This document shows, piece after piece, positions 36,930-49,591 of a stretch of DNA of 64,000 nt. This DNA comes from Leptogorgia sarmentosa (Eukaryota). The stretch covers positions 4,898,001-4,962,000 of the forward strand of contig OZ210885.1 in NCBI GenBank assembly GCA_964658305.1, in the 5' to 3' direction. The notes beneath the pieces are model-generated. The model was not told where the DNA came from, ran no database searches, and was given only the letters and a program-made list of their open reading frames with translations. The position numbers and the translations under genes were made by a program. The first letter of the stretch is position 1, and every line of letters starts with the position of its first letter.

Positions 36930-38373
36930 GAAAGACACTGTCACTTCAGTTCATTCCTACTCGATCGGTTCAGAAGAGATCTTCTTCATCTTGATCTATG
37001 ACTCTGTAGAGTTGTGAGTTATAGAGGTTTTCCTTAGCATTCTGACTGTACAAGTTTTTCGAAAGTACATATGGGTTCGGATTCTAACGATGGCTTCGAG
37101 CATTGGTGAACTCATTCTGTTCCGTGACTTTGTCTTGATCCCTGTGGCATAGGAAAAGACCTGTTCCACCGCTGCGTTGCTTGTTGGGGTAGTGAGGCAG
37201 GCTAGGGCATATGTGGCAAGGTCACCAAAAGTTCTGCTTCCAGTCAGGTTGTGATACTCCTGTACCCCGGACCAAAAACTGACAGCATCAGGTGGAATTC
37301 CGTCCTAGAAAACGCGACTCTCTTGCCAGTTAACGTACTGGATGTTTCGGTACTGGTTGTCGATCTCTTCAAATTTCTCGCATATAAGGTGCTGCATTGG
37401 CAGGCTGTTCAAAGGAACACACGTAACCTGGCTTAACACACGAAATGGATGCAAGTAGGATAAGCCTAAAAATATCCTTTGTTTTTGAACTTTTTCGGCT
37501 GCCTCTAGAAGCAGTGAATGGCACCTGCCATAGGCTTCACGAACTCTCCTTAATGTCGTTTCGTCTTTGCTCGTTCTATGGATTTGAGCATCTGCTTCGA
37601 AAACAAATTTTGCACCCTAGTCAACTCTGTCAGTTGGCAAGGGAACCCCGGACGAATTGTACACACGGCCTCGCAAACTATTGTAGAAGAGGTCGAGCTC
37701 TTTAACCGCCTCGTTATCTTCCGCATCAGTAGCTTGGAAATACCCATTCACTCTCTCGAACTCAGACACGACAGGTGACAAGAAGTGAAAGTATAGGTAG
37801 TTGATCGGATCGTGAAGCATCTCTTTGATCAGCCGTGCCTTGAAACAAACACTTCTCCTTCACATTCGGCAAGGGAAAAGTAGGTTTTCAGTATATCCCA
37901 GTTTGACAGTATATTGAAAATTATTATTCCCCGCACTAACCACCTCGTTAAATTACACTTCTGGAACGGAAGAGGAATTGTGGAACTTTCGACACTGCAG
38001 CCTTCAAAAGTTTCAAAGAGTAACTTGAACCGTTTTCAGCTCTGCTGAATGATCCATGACCCATTCAACTTGTACAATCTAACTAACTATTTTACATAAA
38101 ATGCGCGAGGGTTTATATAGTTATGAGAAACTACTTTTAGAACATTAGGTAATTCATAAATGATGTCATTTGCTTATCTATAGCTAAAGCGTGAATCAAC
38201 AATGAGTCAGTGAGGTTGAGTGTTTGGAATGTCTGGTAATTACATCAGCAGGAGTTATATTACATTGCTAGGAGAACGTGATGACGCACTACAATATAAT
38301 TGTCATTCACTATTCGCAAAAATCAAATTTGCGTTCGCAAATTGCGAATAGCGAGCCACTAATTCGAACCCTG
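36930..38373 (-). mobile_element. hAT transposon remnant (C-terminal transposase/dimerisation region, internal deletion, one CAGGG terminus)
   Basis: YLYFHFLSPVVSEFERVNGYFQ; LACLTTPTSNAAVEQVFS...KTKSRNRM. Terminus CAGGGTTCGAATTAG at 38373 with TTCGCAAA/TTGCGAA subterminal motifs. Confidence 0.75.
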
Positions 38374-38549
38374 CACCTGGAAATGGCAGGTGTGTTAGGC
38401 TATAATTGTCAGCATATGGAAATCCTTATATAGTCATATTATTTACAAATTGTGCGACCTCATGTTTGTTGCTTTTTTACCCAGAGGTTTTATAGTTTTT
38501 CAAAATGTAAAAGTAAAAATTATGTGGAAATGTGTTGTTCGGAATCCGA

Positions 38550-38945
38550 CCGAATGATCTGAATATCAGGTCAACTGGTGGTATCACATGGCTTTTTTTA
38601 ATTTACTGGACTATCCTGGAACATCCCCATATGCAGAATCAAAGTTGGATACCACATGTTGACTTGGGATCCTAACTTAGAAATGCAGGTATCCATGGTG
38701 GATACTAAAAAAATTCTAATCTCGAATCCTGCTAGGATGCCAAAGGAGTTTTTGACAACCCTACGTGGATGTGACAGTCAGTAATTGAAAATTCTCTTCT
38801 GCTTCTCCAAATTTTGAAAAGGAAAATGGGAAGGCATCATCCCCAACAATACGATGGGATATCTTTGTTGATATCTCTGGTCCTTGAGGTACACCACCTT
38901 TTAGTTCAAAACGCTTAGATTTATGGCACCTTAGATGAATTGCGA
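38550..38945 (-). pseudogene. Degenerate Harbinger transposase fragment
   Basis: The minus strand gives IVGDDAFP ... KRIFNY*LSHPRRVVKNSFGILA. Confidence 0.7.
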
Positions 38946-38974
38946 ACGGTTAGAAAGATAAGAGGCAAACCATT

Positions 38975-39220
38975 TTAGTACTTGACTCCAAGATTACTAG
39001 TACAGTAACAGGCTGACGATTCATATTCATTACAATATCATGCTTAACACATAATAAGGCCATCTCCACATTATGGCACTTGCGATAGGCTGATTGCACT
39101 TTTGGATAGATTTGGTAAAAGTGCAGGTAATTATTTGTCTGCTTAAAGACAGCACGTTCCACTAAATTAGATGTGAATGTCAAATTACTAATTGGGCAAA
39201 GATTCTCAAATGGCATTTTT
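38975..39220 (-). pseudogene. L2/CR1 LINE RT fragment
   Basis: PISNLTFTSNLVERAV...QSAYRKCHNVEMALL.V..DI. Confidence 0.75.
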
Positions 39221-41805
39221 TGAGCAAAATTTTTCACTTGATTTTGATATTAAATCTTTGAATTTAATTCCTATTTCAGACGTCAAAGGAACCAAATTGT
39301 GACATGGGCTCAGTTGATTTTGAGACAGAAGAATGGCTTACTTCAAGAGCACATGAATGTGCTCAAACTTCTGGATGAAAAATTTCCAAGTATCATTAGC
39401 TGCCAGCACAACAGATTCCTTTGATAGGTACTATTTTGAGAAATAGCACAATTCATGACAAATATTGTCTGATTTCACTACACTCTTTCCAGTCAAGTCA
39501 CTATCCAAATTTTTTTGTAAAAGCGGTGGGGGCACAATAAAAAAAGGGCACCTGCACCATAGTTATATTCTTTTTCACGTGTTGACTTGTGCAGCACAAA
39601 TGCTGACAGTCAAATGCTGGCAAAAATTCAGCTGGTTAAATTTGTATAGGTCCTACAAATGGGATGGCAGTCATTGAACTTGGCAAAGATGGTGCAGTGT
39701 GAGAAGTTGTGGAAGTAGATGGCTCAGTAGGATCAGGATCACTGAATTTTGCCTCAGAATCAGATGAACAGGTTGGACATTGGAGACGTTTCAGTAGTTC
39801 AGTTTCACAACAATATCAACTTTGACGTTCCAGGATCAGAGTCCATGTCGGGCTCAACAACAACTTCGTTAGTTGGGGCGCTATTATTATTTTCGCCTCT
39901 TTTTAGCAGTTCCTTCAAGCTCCTTCTCTTTTTCTCGTTATCGCCTAGCAGGTGTAGGCATGATGATGTTGAGTGGTTAGAGTAGACTTCCTGATTAAAT
40001 TTATGTAAATTTGGTAGTATCATTAGTGATTTGTCAACAGTTTTGTAAGAGCAATGTTGTTATTTTGTCAACGGTGACATCTCTGCAAAAATATACTACA
40101 AACTGATAATTTGGTTTTGCACAAAATGGAAAATACTTTAATTGGCGTAGAATGAGTGTATAAAGTTCAGAATCTTTCACTTTCAATTGCATTGGATTGT
40201 TTATTTGCTTTTCAAAAAATTACAACTTCAATAACATTACTAGGCAATTCAACAGCAGCTAGATTCCAATCTGTCTGTTTGTAATTCAATTCTATCGGAA
40301 TTGTGCTGTCAAATTTTTCATAGTGATTTTTGTTGGGGGACAGCTGAGGGGCTCCCAGTCACTTGACACCCCCAGTTAACCCACAGTTACACTACTGCAC
40401 ATGTGGCTGCAGGCCAATAAACGTGAGAACAATGGGCCAGAACATTTTCAGAATTATGTGCACAACATAAATCCTATTTTTAATTCATTTTACTTTTTTT
40501 AAATTGTTTTTTTTTGAGTATTTCAAACTCTTTCCAATTCAAATTTGGTATTATGACTTTGTTTTCTTTTGAAAACAATGGGCCACATATTCGTCAAACA
40601 TCACTGAAATGTTGTGGTATGCCCCACAGGGATTATAGAAGTGATGTTAGAAGAATCTATGTCTTCTTCACACACGCTGACCATCAACAATGTAGTTGAA
40701 GTTCAAAATACAATCTATAAGCGAAAACAACTGATGAATAATGCGAAAACTTGCATAAATTGGTGGGGAGTTGGATGATTCAGTTAATATTCAACCTCAC
40801 ATTTACCGAAGTAAACAGCGTAATTTATATATTCAATCACATCTGGAACAGACTTCAAATGTACATTGTCTAAACTGCCGGAATTCAATGTACAGTCGAA
40901 CCTCTCCTTGCAGACACCTCTTGTAAGCGGAGACCTCTCGTAAGCGGACGTGGACACCAAAACAAAATCCCAAATGACATTATAACCTCCTGTAAGCGGA
41001 GAGTTTGCATCCTGCTTCCATTGACATACTTTTTATCAGATTATGTCCGGTGGCTAAATATAAACATCTGTTTGTTATTGATAAAAAGAACATGTTGTAC
41101 ACTCAGGACGTTAAAAATCGATTGTCATCTGATGAAAAATTTAAGTAATGACAGGGCTAATGGGAATAATAGGATATTTATTTAAGAATTTTTAAGTTAG
41201 ACCTTATGTCAATAAAACACCAAGAAAAGTAAAAAGAGTAGTTTAACACTAACACTAAATTATTGGTGATTGCATATGCGATGGTCCATAGTTTAACTGT
41301 GTCTTGTGCGTCGGTGCTGCAATCTGCATAATGATGTTCATTATTTATCAGTTAACAAACTGTAGCCTGCTTTGTTTATTTTCCCTTGCAACCAACTTGA
41401 GGGGAAGTGGTCACCACAGAATGTGTAAACACACGGAATCTCAAGCCCATAACCAACCTCGTACCCAGGCTCTTACCTCCGCTACCCGCCCGGCTTCGGA
41501 AAGACCCTGGTATTGGTTGGTCATGTGCTTCCCAGAATGTGGGAAGTAACAAAAATATTTCATTTGGGAAGGGTGGGTGCGAGTAGTTTTTGTGGCATTG
41601 CATATAATATTGAAATTAATTAAGGTTTCTAGCTAAAAATTGGCTAAAAATGGGGAAGATTTGTGGTTCTTTCCCGCTGCATTTATGGACAGCTAATAAA
41701 CTATTTCTATCGGGTTACAATGCGAATGGTGTCGCATTACGGAGTCAATCAGTTTTGTGTTTCATTTCCCGTCAACATGTGCTCTGGTTCGGCTGACATT
41801 GCACA

Positions 41806-44800
41806 TGGCTTCGAAGGAAACACCGAAAAAAGCTTACGGATCCAAGACAACTATAGATCCCAAATCCTGTCTTCTCTGTCGAAGTATTGGTGATTCGAGT
41901 CATCGGACAAATATTTTCAAATCTGGGAATCGGGAGTTGCTAAAGATTGACGAGCATTTGTATGGCCATGCTTTGCGCAAAGATACAAGATTGCCTTCGC
42001 TTGTGAACCTATGGACTTTCGTACCGTGATTTCTAAAATGCAGCAAGAATTTCAGGAAAGCCATACAGGAGAAGTTCGGGTGAAACGATGCATAGAGATT
42101 TCTCCTTCGATTCAAAAACCTTCGAAAGCGCAATCGGTCAGGGCAGCTGTCACTGTCTCCGAACACTCTTCTAGTTCTACCAGAACTCGTCTGGATTTTG
42201 GTTCAACCGCATCTATTGTTAGTGTGGATTTATCGGCAGCCATCGGAGGTCTCCATGTTCAGGTTAGTCTGTTGATTATTGATCTCCTTTAATCCGGTTG
42301 CGTCTTGGCGCAAAACATTCTGATTATTCCCTTGTCAAGGATCATTATGATGTGCAAGCCTTAAATACACGAACTTCACAAACTGATAAAATATTAAAAC
42401 ATAACAATGTTTGACAGTTCGTAGGTTCAGGTGTAGTGACTGTAGAGTTAAAAATGCTTGATAGTGATTATTATTGTGTACATATAAATATAATGCTACA
42501 AAATATGTTTGGTGTGGTGAATATTGACTGTGTGCAGACAAAGTTATGCACAGTTTCACACTGTCTTTACAATTTATGTGCAAAACAAGTTTTACTTTTA
42601 TTACTTAGAGTACCAAAACCCTAAAGCAAAGTGCGGAAAAAGAAGGCAACCTGCTTGAAGTAGCAAACCATGAGCTCATAGAGATTGCAAGACAGGGTAA
42701 ACCATCTGTACTGAGAAATAGGTCTTATGGTGGCTTGTGCGAAGACAATTGGATGGATGAAGTAAGGAAAGAGCTCATGACCAGGTGCCCCACTGTTGCA
42801 AACATCCTGTCAACTTTACTTGATTGCCACATTACACAACCCGGGAAGAGACTTCCACCAATGTGCTTGTTGTATGGGGTTATCATGTTTATACGCTGCC
42901 AATATTTGAGCCGAATTCAACGAATCAACACTGTACTCTTGATAGAAGGCAAAGCATCTGCTAATGTAAGTTTTATGTATGTAGAAAATTAAAACTCTAT
43001 CATCAGAGTAAAATAGTGTAGCATTAGGCAGCATAGGAAAGCAAATGCCAGGGTTCACTTAGCGGAGTCTAATTGGGTTTATTTGTTTTTTAAGTTGGTG
43101 AACCACATGAACAAATATGGTATTTGCTTGAGTCATTCCAATAAGTACCCTGTGCTTGATGACATTGGCAATCATTTTTTGGATCATGCTGTTGAGCTGG
43201 TCAAAGCTGGAAATAAATTTGTCTATGTTGTGGATAACATAGACTGGGAAGAAAGGGTGCACGACATGAGATCCAGCCATCAGAACAAAAGTGTTCATGC
43301 AGTCGCCACCAGTGTGGTCTTCACAAGAGTTCCAAGTAACAAGTTGCCTGATGAAGGTCCACAAAATGATGTGAAAACTTGTGACTTTAAAGGACTAGTT
43401 GATATGGACAGCGAAGCAATGAGCAAGATTAAAGATCGTTACAAAATCCTTGTAGCCAAAATTCTCCTGGAGAAGTTTGCAGTATTTTCCGATGTAAGAT
43501 CACTGTTATCTGTCACAACAGAATGTGAATATGCTGATTTGACAAGTGAAAAGTCAGAGATAGTCACTCTTCCCGTTTTGATGAAGGATGAAAAAAAAAT
43601 ACAGTGATTGTGTGGATGTCCTTGACCAGTTGGAACAGTGGACTGATGAAATTTATCAAGCTAGTGGACTTTGCAACAAGGACACAGTGTTATCTACTCC
43701 CCCACCTTTAACTGGAACCCACTTGCATCCTGATCAACCAAGTTCCCATGTTCCACCAGTTGTGTTCGATAATGATCCTTTGAAAGGCATAAAGATTCCC
43801 TGCTTTGGTGATGAATTGACCAGAGTAAGGTTTGCTGGTGCAAGAGACTTGCGTGCTGGTTGCCATAATGCGAAACAACGCCTTGACCACCTGTACCCTT
43901 ATAGAATTGTCGGTTGGCACACAAAAAGGAGTTTCTTAAAGGTACTTAACTCAAGCTGTGGTGAAAGTGGGTGGTGTGTTCAGGAATAGTGTTACCATTA
44001 CTGTAACTTTGTATGCCATTATGTAAATGTAATCTTGTTTATGTTTTTTCTAGTCTATGTTTAAAAGGCTTTACAAGAGTTCAGGTAGAGAAAAAGGTAC
44101 CGTGAGATACTTCAGAGAAGCTCTCAATAGATGCAATGTTACTCTTGACGTTAAACATTATGAAGATTGCGAGCAACTGTTCATGAGTATTGGTCGTTGC
44201 TACCTTGTTGAAGCTCTTCTCGACTTTTTTGGCATAGAGAACATCGATGCAACACCAGTAAGAAACAACGAATTTCTTTCCCGTAGTGTGAGTTGCGAAG
44301 AAAAAAAGATTGCCCTGGAAGAAATGTTAGCAAGTTTTGTTGCAGAATACCTTATACCTGAAACATTGGATTTGGATAGTAACGAAGATGAAGGCAGAGA
44401 CGGTGTTAATAATTATTCGCCCAATCTATTGAGGTCATACATGATTTTGCTGGATTACAAAGATGCAGTATCAAGTGGAAATGGAGAACATTTGGCATTG
44501 ATTCATAAACAAATGATCCCATATTTCTTCTCTGTTTCTTATAATGCTTATGCCATCGAGATGTTAGTAAGTACCATGCAGAATGAGGTTGCTTTATCAC
44601 CTGCAGAAGCTCATCACTGCAAATGGGCAGCATTGGCAAATTGGAAGGGTGGAAAGAACAAGAACATTGAAATTGACCTTCTGCAAGAAAATCGGAATAG
44701 AGATCTGAAAGGGTTAATTAAATCGATGGGAGGAAATAAAACAGAAAAGGCTATCAATAGAGCAAGTAAAGCTGCTGGAGGAGTGAGGAAGATTGTTGAC

Positions 44801-45112
44801 ACATTTGAACAAGAAGTGTCAATCAGAAGAAAATCTTCATCACATTCTCACAAATCCAGCATTGAAGATGAAAAAATGATCAGTCGTGACCTATCAACAC
44901 TGAAGCCATTCACAATGATTTCGGGGAGAGCACATGCATCATTTTTGGATGTTTCGTCTGATCCTCTTCACCATTTGGATGAAGAAATGTTTTCAGCATG
45001 GTTGGAGAGGCATCAGAAAAACCTGTCACTGCATTTTCCCACAGTCGAATTTCAAGCTTCTGAATCTGATGAGGACATAGCCTGTGCTAATGAGGACATT
45101 GAAGATGAGTAG
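41806..45112 (+). pseudogene. Academ transposase (DUF6589-like), 4 exons (~41806-42262, 42611-42965, ~43098-43941, ~44054-45112), with small frameshifts
   Basis: VVDNIDW...HDMR..HQNKSVH, GDELTRVRF..A, GWH, YAIE, NWKGG..KNIEIDLLQE..NR..K. GT-AG introns. Confidence 0.85.
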
Positions 45113-45503
45113 TTTCAGTATATGCTACTCGCAGTAAGAACAAAACCAACTTACACTGCTTGTGTATGGGTCAATTCTAACCCTTAACTCATGTTCTAAT
45201 CCTAAGTATAGTAATGGTTCCAGTCTGTAAATATTGTCTCATACTTTAAATTTTTGAGAAATCTTATAAACATTTTCCAAAGTCAAACAGTTTTTAATAC
45301 ATGTAATTTTTCAATCTTGTTCTATTATAACAGTGTTCTAATAGTAATATGAATAGTAGTATGAATAGTGTAATATTTAATTAGTAACATGTAGTAACAA
45401 TAACAAATAATAGTAGTAATTTACTACCAAATAATATAAGGTAAATAGAATGGTAATAATTTGACCATTCTCTTTTAAGGACATCAAAAATATTTAAATA
45501 ATC

Positions 45504-47069
45504 TTACTTGTTGCAAGTAGTACAATCACAGTGCAACAAACAGAAACTACAGCAAGTATGTCCTGGAACAATTGGTTGTAAATATTTTTCTTCAGTATCC
45601 ATGGCCACCAACAAAAATCTTCTAAGACATCTGTCATCCAATTTGCAGAATGTTCTCATGATATCGTCCATGCCAACTTTATTCTTAGCAATATCCCTAT
45701 TACTATAATAAAGAAGAGCAGATGCTGGTTTCCCATCGCGTCCCGCACGACCAGTTTCCTGTGAATAGGCCTGAATCTTGTAAGGTGGGGTGATGTGAAC
45801 AACATGCCAAATGCCCTTGATATCAACACCCATTCCCAATGCGACAGTTGCAAATATGACTCGAATCACACTTTGCTCTGCGCATAGCTGCTTCATGATT
45901 TCATCTTTCATATCATCTGTTTGTCGAGAGTGAAATTGCCCAAACAAACGATTATGGGGGATTGGTGGTGATCCCTCAGGAAAATCGACTGTGACCCAGA
46001 ACTGATTCAAACAGTTTGTATGCAAAACCACACCATTTTAGTGGTAGGTATACAATTGTCAAGGGGTAGTTTATATGTTCTTCAAGCAAACGGTCTGCCA
46101 TAGGAGATAAAATTGCTGTTAAGGAGTCAATGTCCTGACCAGTTCGTTTCTGCTTATAATAGGTGATGTTTTGACGATCAGGATTACCAATGATTTCAGC
46201 ACAGTTTCTCAGGCCCAATGAAGTTTTAATTGCCTCCCTATCACTTCTACTTGCAGTAGCTGTCATTGCCAATATGGGTGAATTTGAAAATGTTGCAGAA
46301 ACAACAGCCAAATTCCCATAATCAATTCGGAAGTCTTGACCCCTATAATGGTTTAATAGAAAATATGGATGTCAGCTTTCATTACCACTATTGTAGATTA
46401 ATATAAATGCGAATAATTTGGGGGTATTTTATATGTTTAAGTATTAAATATCTAAGGCAGTTATCAGACTTACCATTCTAAAATACAATGAGCTTCGTCA
46501 ATCACTACAGCACAAACATTATCTTGATATGGCTTTGACTGCATCATTTTCCGGCCATATTTACTCGAGACTAGGAACTCAGGATGTGCAAACACGATGT
46601 TATATTGCCCCTTTTCCAATTTCTCTTTGTCACTGAACTGGAAGTTGCAAGCAACATGAGTATCTTCCTGTTCATCCTCAGGATCACTCGAAATCGAATC
46701 CTGATCACCAGCTTCTCTCGTCGATGTAGAACATTTCATACCAACTGCAGCAGCTTCAATCCCCAGTGAATTCAGGCGATTAATGTGATCCTTGATAAGT
46801 GCGTTTAAAGGGGATACCACGATTACAATTGAAGTAATTTTGCTTATAGAAAAGCCATTCTTTCTCGCACATAACAGCGCTGGTAGTAGAAAGAATATCA
46901 ATGACTTCCCATATCCAGTTGGCAACACCGCAAGAGTATCCCGCTGAAGAAAAATACTTTCCAAGCAAATAACTTGTTTGGGCTTGAAAATAATTTGGTT
47001 GAAAAAACTACTCCGAACAGCAAACTCTAAACACGACAAGAACGACCAGCACTTCGAATTTTTCAACAT
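45504..47069 (-). pseudogene. RecQ-like SF2 helicase of AcademH, 2 exons, frameshift near 45980
   Basis: LPTGYGKS, VSPLNALI, DEAHC..EW|G.DFR, MTAT, ATVALGMGVD, QETGRAGRDG, C-terminal CCxxC zinc site. Confidence 0.92.
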
Positions 47070-47733
47070 GGCTATAATGAATTATGAATATCTCGCGCGT
47101 GAGTCAAGTGTCAAATTATCCTACCCGGGCACGGGAAAAAATTGTCACATGAACCACGTGACCAACCAATGCCAGGGTCTTTCCGAAGCGGGACGGGTAG
47201 CAGAGGTAAGAGCCTGGGTACGAGGTTGGCCCATAACCTGCCCCATGGTTTATCTGTTTTCCTTTTCTTGTAACTTTGCCGGAATTAGAAGTGCGTTTTA
47301 GAAACTTGCTTACGCATGGTGCCATATTTTTCGGGCTGTTACCGATGACAATTACAGTTTCATCACAAGTGTTGGGATGACTTGTAGATACCCAAGGTTT
47401 ATTTTCTTTCGCCGGAATAACAATGGCCACAGCATCAGCATCCTTTTTATTTTCTGGTTCCCATTCCTCGCCCGTTTTTGGTCCCCAAATATCCATGTAC
47501 TCATGGTAGCCATATATGAATGATTCTACTTTACAAGTCTCCTTAATAGCTAACATTAGACTGTTACCATACAAAATCGTAAAAGGAGACAACTGGTGAT
47601 GGAATTCTTATCATGTTTTATCTGATTAAAATGTGAGAGATAAGATTGTCACCGACATTTTTAGTTGATATGAACACTTTGGCTACATCCGATATTTTAA
47701 TATTTAGGCCATAGTCAAATGCAAAATTTGAGC

Positions 47734-49591
47734 ATGGCTTGCAAAATTTGCGTGACAAATACATCCTATGTGTGTATCAATTGTCAGGAACCGGTTTGAA
47801 ACAAAACATTGTCTTGCTCCCATTTTGCCTCAGAAACTGTAAAGGGATGGAAAGCAGGTTCACAAGTGGCTTTTTGTCAAGAATGTTATGAAAAATATGA
47901 CAAGAAAGTATCTGCTAAGGAACAGCCAAATGTCTATCAACAAAGATATAACAAGAACACAAGTAAACACGCTGATATTAGCTGCTCCAAACCTTGCACT
48001 TGCCTGAATCTTGATGAGAAAGCTGAAGTTATCAAGTACCATGAAGAGCACCCCGGTTTAGGCGTAAGGAGAATTGCGCAGAAATTCGGTTGTGGGCTAA
48101 CTCAAGTATCCAAGATTATTAAGAACAAAGAATTAATCCTTAATGAGATACAATCCGTTGAAAATCAGACCATTCGAAAGAGAAAAAATGCACAGAAATT
48201 CTCAGAGATAAATGACTATTCGTGGGCATGGTATAATCTCTGTAGAGAATCCAATGTTCCTGTGAGTGGGCCCATGCTGCAAGAAGAAGCAAAACTCATG
48301 GCTGAAAGACTTGGCGATAGTGCCTTTCAGGGTTCAAATGGATGGTTAGAAAAGTGGAAAAGAAGGTACAACATTAAAGAGATGAGGCTCGCTGGGGAAG
48401 ATGGCGATGTGGACGAAACCACACTTGAAAGCTGGCAAGAACGCGCTAAAGAGCTATCAAAGGGATATGCACCTGAAGATGTTTGGAATATGGATGAGAC
48501 TGCACAGTTCTGGAAAGCCCTGCCAGATAAAAAAAGATGTCGAGGCGGCCAAAAGGCGAAGCAAAGATGCACGTGGGCATTTTTTGTAAACGCAGCTGGT
48601 GGAAAAGAAACCAATTGTAATTGGCAAGGCTCAAAACCCACGTCGTTTCAAGCATTTGAAAGATAAATCACAACCCCACAAATGCCGTTATTATGCAAAC
48701 AAGAAGGCATGGATGAAGACTGAAATCATGGTGAAAGTGTTAGAGACATTAAATACGTGAGTGAGAAAGCAAGGCTGTTCAATCGTTCTATTCCTCGATA
48801 ATGCGCCATGTAATCCTTCTGATCTCAAGGATAAGTTTTCTAACATTAACATTGTTTTCCTGCCAAAAAATACAACATCTAAAACGCAGCCTCTTGATGC
48901 TGGAATTATTAAAGTATGGAAAGTGAAGACTAGAAGAAAGCTGTTACGATATGTGTGTAGTAAAGTGGGTCAAGAAACGGCGAGTGAGATCGTAAAATCA
49001 GGCGATTCAATGGGGCAAGCAAGCATGGGATGAAATTCCACCTGAAACTATCAAGAAGTGCTTTGCCAAAGTTGGATTGTATCCAGAAGATATAAATGAT
49101 GACAACGACGATGACCCATTTGAAGGTGAAGGGATGATGAATTTAGAGCAACTTTGTTTGAAAATCTCAAGGGAATGTTCTGCGACACGATACATTGATG
49201 CAGATGATTATGTACCATATTGCGCAGAATTAATTGTTCTGGAGATCCCAACTTGGGTGAGGAGATTAGAAGTGAACTTTTGAGTGGAACTGATGGGCCA
49301 AGTGAGAAGTTAGATAAAACGTGTGCTCTGGTTGACCTCAGCGAAGACACAGATGAAGACACAGACGAAGAAGGAGAAGACGACGAAGAATTCAATGCAC
49401 CATTGAAAGAACCAGAGATCAAAACAGCTGCGAATGCCCTTAAAGTTGCCGAGGATCTTCTTGACTTTGTAACTTTTATAGGAAATGAGGATCTTTCCCA
49501 AGCCTTGTTGCATGTCAGTGACATTTTAACAGATGTCCGCTTGGCAGGACAAAAGCAAACGCACATTACAAACTTCTTTAAACCATGTTAG
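47734..49591 (+). pseudogene. pogo/Tigger transposase (N-terminal Cys-rich finger, psq/CENP-B HTHs, DDE_1 domain), with stops and frameshifts
   Basis: IAQKFGCGLTQVSKI, PVSGPMLQEEA, GSNGWLEKWK, WNMDET, KAWM, LFLDNAPC, FLPKNTTS.TQPLDAGII, terminal QTHITNFF. Confidence 0.92.

Larger units (their letters stand above)
41454..47228 (+). mobile_element. AcademH DNA transposon, complete (5775 bp)
   Basis: ~78-bp TIRs beginning CAACCTCGTACCCAGGCTC. Perfect 9-bp TSD GCCCATAAC (41445-41453, 47229-47237). Convergent transposase and RecQ-like genes. Confidence 0.93.
41341..47556 (-). pseudogene. HIRAN-like domain gene carried by the pogo element, split by AcademH (pieces 47556-47229 and 41444-41341)
   Basis: SFIYGYHEYMDIW.P..GE...EPENKKDADAVAI...IG...GKQINHGAGYG|LEIPCVYTF. 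Removing the insert and one TSD copy gives a 432-nt open frame. Confidence 0.75.

Noticed and set aside
36621..38373. CAGGGTT at 36621 as the partner TIR of the hAT end at 38373
   Set aside because: Only 7 bp match, and the 8-bp flanks (TCTGGTTT vs CACCTGGA) are not a duplication.
45504..47069. Host or bacterial recQ gene
   Set aside because: It contains a spliceosomal intron and lies inside AcademH TIRs and TSD, so it is the transposon helicase.
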